Of a stretch of DNA of 64,000 bases, positions 57,991 to 64,000 are shown piece after piece. The translations under genes were made by a program, and so were the position numbers. A model generated the notes under the pieces. The model searched no databases and was not told where the DNA came from. It saw nothing but the letters and a program-made list of their open reading frames with translations. Numbering within the stretch: the stretch's first letter is position 1; each line of letters begins with the position of its first letter. Origin of the DNA: Candidatus Peribacteria bacterium (GTDB taxonomy: Bacteria; Patescibacteriota; Gracilibacteria; Peribacterales; Peribacteraceae); assembly GCA_041691135.1 (NCBI GenBank), contig JBEPVF010000007.1:13377-77376 (forward strand), in the 5' to 3' direction.

Positions 57991-58281
57991 TCAATCTTTC
58001 TGGCAGTGGTTAAGGCAGAACGAGAGCGTGCCACCGAAGAGGAATCCCCATACATAACTGATCACGGTACCGAGGATGAGAGTGAGCCAATTCATCCCAG
58101 CACCGCTCCAGCCGAAAAGGAAAGAGCGAAGGAGATTTCCATGGAGATCCCTGAGCGTAGGATCGGTTTGCAGAAAGAGATAGCCGTAGAGCATGCAGAG
58201 AACGAAGATGACCGCAAAGGTACGGCTGAAACCATGCGCCCATTGCAGTGGCGCGTACGGTGTGAAACGGAAGATGGACAT
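57991..58281 (-). CDS. DUF5676-like membrane protein
   Basis: Two TM helices with conserved-looking C and H; copper-cluster context. Confidence 0.65.
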   Translation of the reverse strand: MSIFRFTPYAPLQWAHGFSRTFAVIFVLCMLYGYLFLQTDPTLRDLHGNLLRSFLFGWSGAGMNWLTLILGTVISYVWGFLFGGTLSFCLNHCQKD

Positions 58282-58336
58282 AGAAGGAGGAGGAGGAAGA
58301 TGAAAAATAATAATATGGAATCAAGCCTATTCCCTC

Positions 58337-58558
58337 CTATCCATGGTGCGAGGAAGAATCGTCCTCCGATGCCTTACTCTTTTTTTCCGAATGAGAGTGA
58401 CTATCGCCGTGACTACCATGCATTCCCATCATCATGAGCGGACAGAGAAGAATGAGCAGAAATGGCCAGTAAGCGAAGATCGGCCAGTGAAGGATATAGG
58501 ACAGGAGTGTGAGGCCGATGAGGAGAGGGATGATGATGTAGAGCCAAGAGGTTTTCAT
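58337..58558 (-). CDS. DUF2933-like protein
   Basis: PFLLILLCPLMMMGMHGSHG with His-rich tail. Confidence 0.85.
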   Translation of the reverse strand: MKTSWLYIIIPLLIGLTLLSYILHWPIFAYWPFLLILLCPLMMMGMHGSHGDSHSHSEKKSKASEDDSSSHHG

Positions 58559-58646
58559 GCAAGAGCAAGGAAAGGGTGGGGAGGCTGCCCGTATTTTTGC
58601 CCACTTGAGGAGCATGCTTCGTTGAATTCTGAGGTTGTATTTCTTT

Positions 58647-58672
58647 AAAAAAGAAGGGGCCCGAAGGCCCCT
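58647..58672 (-). terminator. intrinsic terminator
   Basis: Minus strand AGGGGCC-TTCG-GGCCCCT-TCTTTTTT. Confidence 0.85.
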
Positions 58673-58676
58673 ATTT

Positions 58677-58811
58677 TCATTTCTTCATTCCAGCCGTGGC
58701 ACAGGCATTGCACTTGTAACACTTAGTACAAACTTGGCCTTGTGCCTTGCAAACGGCACAGCCGCCTTCCTTCATTGGCGCCGCGCAGGCGGGACAGTTC
58801 GTATTTTCCAT
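58677..58811 (-). CDS. 44-aa 4xCxxC metallothionein-like protein (below ORF-track cutoff)
   Basis: MENTNCPACAAPMKEGGCAVCKAQGQVCTKCYKCNACATAGMKK*; pyrimidine-rich leader and own terminator. Confidence 0.8.
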   Translation of the reverse strand: MENTNCPACAAPMKEGGCAVCKAQGQVCTKCYKCNACATAGMKK

Positions 58812-58933
58812 AAATATAGGGAGGGAATGAAGCAAAAAACAACGGTACCTCGTATGACGATTTATTGACAGCAGCCTTACTTAATTGTCCTTGCATATAA
58901 TGAGGTTACTACGGGTCTACTGAGGGAACTTTA

Positions 58934-60562
58934 TTACGGAAGAACTTTCAGTAGCCCCATCATCCCGTTACTCAGGTGTTCTGCGATATGGCAGTGGAAC
59001 ATCCAGTCACCGGGGTTACTGACATCGAGCAGAATATCGACGGTATGTCCTGTTGGAATGAGAACGGTATCCTTCCAAACGAGATCTGTGTTCGTTACCC
59101 CATTATCGGACAGCACAAGGAAGCGCTGCCCGTGGAAGTGAATGGGGTGCTGCATCGGGTGAGGTGAATCCTTCTTATTGATGATGCGGATTTTCAGTTT
59201 GTCGCCGACCTTTGCCGTGTACACAAGATCTTTGTTTGTAGCGCCAGTAGCCTGATCCACCATTTTCCATTTGATCATGTTTCCCATCGCGCTCCCGTTC
59301 ATCATTCCCATCGTGTCTTCCCACTCGATGCCATCCTTTGGAGCATCAGCCATCATGCCTCCGTGACCGCCCATCATCGTGTTCCCCATCATGCTCAAAT
59401 CCAGCACGAGAGTATGGTCTGGCGTTTTGCTGAAGAATGGTCGGAAGGCATCGATATCCTTGATGATGTCCTGATTCGCAGAGAGCGTACCGAAGCTTTG
59501 GGAATAGGAGGGGGAAGCGGGTGCGGTACCGACTGTGACTATGCCCAGGGGATAGGAAGTGTCGGGGGTGCGATGCATGATCGTGTAGGTACCCGGCTTC
59601 TCAAAGAGCACATCGATAATCGCACGCTCCGAAGGAGCGAGGATTGTTGAATCCACGAACTGCTCTTTTTCGTAGCGTCCGTTATCGCCTCCGACAAGCT
59701 TCATCTTCGCTCCACCAAAGTCGATCTTGAAAGTGCGGGTATTGGCTGTATTTGTCAGATAGAAGCGGACAAGTTCGCCTTTGGAGACATTCAGTTTGTA
59801 ATCAGTCATCCCGTTCACAAGCATCGTATTGCCGAAGCGCCCCATGAGCGTGTGATCAGCTGTCTTGGCATTGAAAGGAACAGGAAGACCCTTCTCATCG
59901 AGCAAGAGATCACTCACTGCAAGAACTTGCTCCTGATTCACAGGACTATATGCCTTCGGGTCTTTCGGAGTGACCAAGACATTGCCGTAAAGACCCATCG
60001 GCTGCTGAAGATCCTCACGAACATGCGTGTGATACCAATAGATACCCTCGTCGGGCACTTTCACTGTGTACTTGAAGCTGCTACCGGGTTCGATGGCTTT
60101 CTGCGTGAGTCCATCGGTTCCGTCATTGGCATTATCGAGGCGAATCCCATGCCAGTGAACGGTCGTCGGTTGATCAATGTTGTTTGTGACATTGACCGTG
60201 AATGTGGAGTCCTGCTTCACCCGAAGAAGCGGACCGGGAATCTCGCCGTTGTACCCGTACATGGCAAACTCCTTCCCATTGATCGTTTTTCGGACAATAG
60301 TTGGATTGAGAATGATCGCTGCGCCATCGGCAACGTCGATTGTTTCCGTTGGCTTGGCTTCGGGTAAGGAGGTGATGTCTTCGTTTTGGGCTGGCAGGAA
60401 GCCGGCTGTATCTGAAGATTGTTGACCCATCTGCATCCCTCCATGGTTCATGCCCTGCATGCCGCCATGATCCATTTGCATACCAGACGGCTGCTGTGAG
60501 GAGGCACAGGATGCGAGGAGAAAAGTGCCGAAGAGAAGTGGAACAATGCGATGGGATTTCAT
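58934..60562 (-). CDS. multicopper oxidase lipoprotein
   Basis: Lipobox LASC; HWHG, WYHTH, HPIHFHG and HCHIAEH..GM copper motifs; Met-rich inserts. Confidence 0.95.
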   Translation of the reverse strand: MKSHRIVPLLFGTFLLASCASSQQPSGMQMDHGGMQGMNHGGMQMGQQSSDTAGFLPAQNEDITSLPEAKPTETIDVADGAAIILNPTIVRKTINGKEFAMYGYNGEIPGPLLRVKQDSTFTVNVTNNIDQPTTVHWHGIRLDNANDGTDGLTQKAIEPGSSFKYTVKVPDEGIYWYHTHVREDLQQPMGLYGNVLVTPKDPKAYSPVNQEQVLAVSDLLLDEKGLPVPFNAKTADHTLMGRFGNTMLVNGMTDYKLNVSKGELVRFYLTNTANTRTFKIDFGGAKMKLVGGDNGRYEKEQFVDSTILAPSERAIIDVLFEKPGTYTIMHRTPDTSYPLGIVTVGTAPASPSYSQSFGTLSANQDIIKDIDAFRPFFSKTPDHTLVLDLSMMGNTMMGGHGGMMADAPKDGIEWEDTMGMMNGSAMGNMIKWKMVDQATGATNKDLVYTAKVGDKLKIRIINKKDSPHPMQHPIHFHGQRFLVLSDNGVTNTDLVWKDTVLIPTGHTVDILLDVSNPGDWMFHCHIAEHLSNGMMGLLKVLP

Positions 60563-60590
60563 AATGAAAATCGGAAAGAAGTGCGAAAAA

Positions 60591-60734
60591 TCACATATTA
60601 TTCATATTATGTTGCATGCCGTTTGTATTGTGCTGCATGCCATTCATACTGCCATTGTTTGCGGAACCCGAAGATGAACAAGCTGTAAGGAAGAGTGTTC
60701 CAAGAGCCAGTAGGAGAAGAGAAATATTTTTCAT
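60591..60734 (-). CDS. 47-aa Met/His-rich lipopeptide
   Basis: MKNISLLLLALGTLFLTAC-SSSGSANNGSMNGMQHNTNGMQHNMNNM. Confidence 0.7.
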   Translation of the reverse strand: MKNISLLLLALGTLFLTACSSSGSANNGSMNGMQHNTNGMQHNMNNM

Positions 60735-60798
60735 AAGAGGAGAAAGAAAAAAGATGAGGACAAACAAATGAGCAACCATTTGTTGATTCTTTCTTCCT

Positions 60799-61173
60799 CT
60801 AAAGTCTTAACACGGTTGTGCCAATGTGAATGTTAATAGGTGGCGATGCTATTGGAGGATCTTCAAGTGGCAAGACCCGTGACAATTCGAACACGTACAT
60901 CGGTGGCAGCACCAATGCGATGGTGGGTGCTGATCCTAGAGACGAAGTGCACGTCATTGTCGCGGATGCTTGCGATAGACGTTGGCCGCAACAAGTAGCA
61001 GGATTGGACACGGAGGAAGCCTCCTGTACATGTGGCTGTCCTGCAGAAGTAGACGTGGCAATCTCGTTATGGTGCATTGGCATGGCTTCGGCGTGCGCCA
61101 TTGGAATCATGCACATATTCCCTATAACCGTGTTCATGATGAATGCGCCGACGATGACTATCTTCATGCTCAT
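60799..61173 (-). CDS. Cys/His/Met-containing exported protein (DUF2946-like leader of metal operons)
   Basis: Hydrophobic N-terminus, MCM..MAH..MHH, CC and Pro-rich end ...TVLRL. Confidence 0.5.
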   Translation of the reverse strand: MSMKIVIVGAFIMNTVIGNMCMIPMAHAEAMPMHHNEIATSTSAGQPHVQEASSVSNPATCCGQRLSQASATMTCTSSLGSAPTIALVLPPMYVFELSRVLPLEDPPIASPPINIHIGTTVLRL

Positions 61174-61263
61174 TTGACAGGAAGCATATCAAGGATGCGA
61201 ATATAAGGCCAATTTCGGTAGACGATGCATGTCTGCCGTTTATCAAGATTTTCTGAAAGGAAA

Positions 61264-61800
61264 TTACTCGTGGAACGTGTACATCTCATCAAGGGGCTTG
61301 CGCTCATGACCGTTATTCCCTTTTTCTTCACCGCGTTTGTAGTGGCCGAGCATGAGGCCTCCAACTACAATCTCATGAAGTGGAAGCCCTAGAACTTCAT
61401 GCGCGTTGCCACGATAGAGGGATACCCAGCAACTTCCGATCTCCATGGCAGTTGCACCAAGCAGGACATTCACCATCGCAGCCATGCAGGAATATTCAAG
61501 CTCCTTTTCGTTCCAAACGGGTTCCTTCGCCGCATTTGCCAACGAACGGTTGGCCGTCACGACTATGAAAACGCTGGCTCCTTCCACGAAATTGCCGTAG
61601 CAGCATGTTTCAGTGAATTTGTGGCGAAGGTCTTTATTGAAAATGACATGAAAATGCCAAGGCTGAAGATTCTCAACACTGGGAGCAAGTTGTGCAAGTT
61701 CCAATAACTTCATCACGTCTTCCTTCGAAACGCGCTTATCATCGAAGTACCGGATACTGCGACGGTTCTGGCAGAGGGATTTAAAATCTTCGTAAGTCAT
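61264..61800 (-). CDS. nitroreductase family protein
   Basis: RRSIRYF, APSVENLQPWHF and LLGATAMEIGSCWV motifs. Confidence 0.92.
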   Translation of the reverse strand: MTYEDFKSLCQNRRSIRYFDDKRVSKEDVMKLLELAQLAPSVENLQPWHFHVIFNKDLRHKFTETCCYGNFVEGASVFIVVTANRSLANAAKEPVWNEKELEYSCMAAMVNVLLGATAMEIGSCWVSLYRGNAHEVLGLPLHEIVVGGLMLGHYKRGEEKGNNGHERKPLDEMYTFHE

Positions 61801-61881
61801 GGATTTTAGTGAGCAAGAATACAACAAGAAGTATAGAGAGATGATAGCCTTTCACATAATAGTTGGGCTAAGATATGTATC

Positions 61882-62775
61882 ATGGATTCCCCGAGTAAAA
61901 CCATCTCGCTGCACCTCCCTCCCGTCGATGTTGTTCCTTTCGCCGTATCAATGACAAAGGCAAAGCGCGACTGGCAGGATACGGTTGACGGAGTAGTGGC
62001 AATCCGCGCCGAGGCCATCGAAGCCGCACTTTCTGTCTCCGCTACTTTCACTGCCCTTCAGAAAGATCTCACAGCTTTCTCCGAAGGTGTGCGGCAGATA
62101 CACCAAGATGTACAACCAATGTATGAGGGGGCAAAAGTCATCATTCAATTCATCCAAAGCAATCCGTCGATTCTTTCCATCTTCGGCACGCAGATCGAAG
62201 GGAAGAAGCCACTTTCTGTCATAGATGTAGGGAGAATCGCATCGACGCCAGTGTTATCCCCCAGCGCCTCCCTGCAGCAAATGCCTGCCGAAATTGATGC
62301 CATCAGGAAGAATAGGATTCTTGAGCCGCGGGTCTTTGGGATGCAGGTGAATGTTGCGGTTTTCGACAGTCCCTACCTAACTCTCCTTCCCGACGGCGCA
62401 GACTATCTCGACAGGGAAATTGGCATACAGGTCAATGGACAGCCGCGACTGTTTTTTCTGACAGAGCACAATACTTGGTTTCGAGTGGATGTTCGCCCTC
62501 AGATAATTCGGCTAATCCTCTTACTTTGGAACTTACGGATCAATGAACCGCAGGAAGCATTTAAGCGAACTCAAGATATCGGCATGGCCCTGGCCACGCG
62601 CACTAAAAATCCCAGACACGCCAGCTCAAATGCCTGTGAATGTATCGCAGACATCAATGATCTCTGTGACACACATGACGTAAAGCCGATTCTCCTCAAG
62701 CGTACGGGTAAATGGGGTCTCAACCCCTTCCTCACTCATTGGCACGAGCGGCGCAAGGGGTGGAGTGTTCGGTAA
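61882..62775 (+). CDS. hypothetical protein, possible C-terminal winged helix
   Basis: 297-aa ORF; C-terminal helices followed by ILLKRTGKWGLNP. Confidence 0.6.
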   Translation: MDSPSKTISLHLPPVDVVPFAVSMTKAKRDWQDTVDGVVAIRAEAIEAALSVSATFTALQKDLTAFSEGVRQIHQDVQPMYEGAKVIIQFIQSNPSILSIFGTQIEGKKPLSVIDVGRIASTPVLSPSASLQQMPAEIDAIRKNRILEPRVFGMQVNVAVFDSPYLTLLPDGADYLDREIGIQVNGQPRLFFLTEHNTWFRVDVRPQIIRLILLLWNLRINEPQEAFKRTQDIGMALATRTKNPRHASSNACECIADINDLCDTHDVKPILLKRTGKWGLNPFLTHWHERRKGWSVR

Positions 62776-62796
62776 GATGTTCGGTAACGTTCGGTA
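62767..62796. repeat. three direct GTTCGGTA repeats
   Basis: Copies at 62767, 62779 and 62789. Confidence 0.8.
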
Positions 62797-62955
62797 GGAT
62801 GAAACCTGTTCATCTATCCATGTATAAATTTAAAAAATGCAATAAATAATGCGAGGCTCTCTGAAGCCGCGGAGACCGTTTTTTCGTGAACAGAGCGTTG
62901 ACATCTTCCTTCACCGAACGGCAGGCCAATGGGTACCTACTTTCTTCCGCCCCAC

Positions 62956-64000
62956 ATGCCTGCCCATCCCGCTCCGAAGATCCCCGCCACAATCAAACTT
63001 GTTTCTGTCTCCATAGATAAGCTCCGTCCGGCTCCCTACAACCCGCGTACCCATACGGACGCCCAGAAAGCGCAGCTGCGAGAGAGTATCGAAGAGTACG
63101 GTCCCGTCGATCCGATCATTGCTAACAGCGCCAAGGGCAGGGAGAACGTCGTGATCGGTGGACACTTCCGCGTGGAAGTCCTCAGAGAGATGGGTTTTAC
63201 CGAAGTGCCCGTCATTTTCGTTCATATCCCTTCGATCAAGCGGGAAAAGGAATTGAACCTCCGCCTCAATCGCAATACCGGCGAGTGGGATTTTGAAAAA
63301 CTCAAAGCCTTCGACATGGATCTGCTCCTCCATGTGGGCTTCGATGACGGCGACCTCTCGGGGATCTGGGACGGGATGCTCGAAACGGAGGATGATCAAT
63401 TTAACATCGAGAAGGAGCTTGAGCAGATCAAGAAACCTAAAACAAAAGCGGGAGAGATCTTCCAACTCGGCAGTCACCGTTTGATCTGCGGGGATGCGAC
63501 TGATCCGGCAATCGTGAAACGGCTTGTTGGGAAGTACCGGATCGATATGGTTTACCTCGACCCTCCGTACAACATCGGTCTCGACTACGACAAAGGACTG
63601 GGAAACGCGATGCGTTACGGCGGGAAGACGAAGGATAATAAGAATGACGTGGAGTACGGCGCATTCCTGAAGACGGCATTCCAGAATGCGCTCAGTGTCG
63701 CCAAGCCCGACTGCCACTTCTTCTGCTACTGCGATCATGGCTACATCGGACTCCTCCATACGCTCTACAGGGAGATCGGTATTGAACCGCAACGCACCTG
63801 CCTCTGGATCAAGAACAATCTGAATGTGACGCTGCAAGTCGCATTTTCCAAATGCTATGAGCCCTGCATCTACGGAGCCCGCGGAAAACCCTACTTATGT
63901 GATTCGATTCGCAACCTCACGGAGATTTTGAACAAGGAGATCGGCAGCGGCAACCGCGCAATTGACGATATTTTAGACCATCTCGACATTTGGTTGTGTA
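62956..64000 (+). CDS. ParB N-terminal domain + N4/N6 DNA methyltransferase, runs off window
   Basis: Manual translation: LRPAPYNPR...DPII...VIGGHFR (ParBc), LNRNTGEWD, LGSHRLICGDAT and YLDPPYN. Confidence 0.9.
   Translation, partial: MPAHPAPKIPATIKLVSVSIDKLRPAPYNPRTHTDAQKAQLRESIEEYGPVDPIIANSAKGRENVVIGGHFRVEVLREMGFTEVPVIFVHIPSIKREKELNLRLNRNTGEWDFEKLKAFDMDLLLHVGFDDGDLSGIWDGMLETEDDQFNIEKELEQIKKPKTKAGEIFQLGSHRLICGDATDPAIVKRLVGKYRIDMVYLDPPYNIGLDYDKGLGNAMRYGGKTKDNKNDVEYGAFLKTAFQNALSVAKPDCHFFCYCDHGYIGLLHTLYREIGIEPQRTCLWIKNNLNVTLQVAFSKCYEPCIYGARGKPYLCDSIRNLTEILNKEIGSGNRAIDDILDHLDIWLC

Larger units (their letters stand above)
48300..64000. mobile_element. accessory genomic island (boundaries approximate, continues past window end)
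   Basis: AT-rich blocks at about 48.4-50.8 kb, cargo genes (copper cluster, CheBR), a pseudogene and a ParB-methyltransferase; no integrase or att site seen in the window. Confidence 0.55.

Noticed and set aside
62911-63837. 308-aa minus-strand ORF
   Set aside because: Antisense to the ParB-methyltransferase, which has clear motifs on the plus strand.
1-64000. CRISPR array
   Set aside because: No run of equal-length repeats with unique 25-45-nt spacers; the repeats found are dispersed, protein-coding or very short; no cas genes recognised.
1-64000. Alternative genetic code (TGA=Gly as in Gracilibacteria)
   Set aside because: TGA ends guaA exactly at its conserved EWE terminus, and long conserved genes have no internal TGA.

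Overview
The window reads as chromosome of a Patescibacteria (CPR) bacterium, most likely Peribacteria/Peregrinibacteria. This is inferred from the gene repertoire: SecD fused to a parvulin, FecR+DUF5667-like protein, TrmB regulator, and pyrimidine-rich leaders without Shine-Dalgarno sites. It uses the standard genetic code. About 1-47 kb is mostly housekeeping: gpmA, wecB, guaA, efp, gatB, def, nth, glnA, thyA, folA/E/K/B, secD, rlmD, rlmH, envelope and redox genes. These are interrupted by lower-GC ORFans and by self-contained promoter-SD-gene-terminator cassettes. About 48-64 kb is an accessory island with PadR, a CheB-CheR-PAS-kinase fusion, a copper-handling cluster (including two mini-proteins absent or mis-started in the ORF track) and the start of a ParB-DNA methyltransferase. 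Four signals stand out. (1) An 18.6-20.5 kb operon carries five copies of an unrecognised domain bracketed by cysteine-free zinc-knuckle-like motifs (HP[VI]TG ... HWKFDPFTG) behind a structured leader. (2) A dispersed 210-370 bp structured element occurs three times; its central 13-bp stem differs in sequence in each copy yet is perfectly paired. (3) A 184-bp MITE-like element occurs as an inverted pair 11 kb apart. (4) Several regulators look planctomycete-derived. No rRNA, tRNA, CRISPR array, reverse transcriptase or transposase was recognised. All family assignments come from motif recognition, not database searches.
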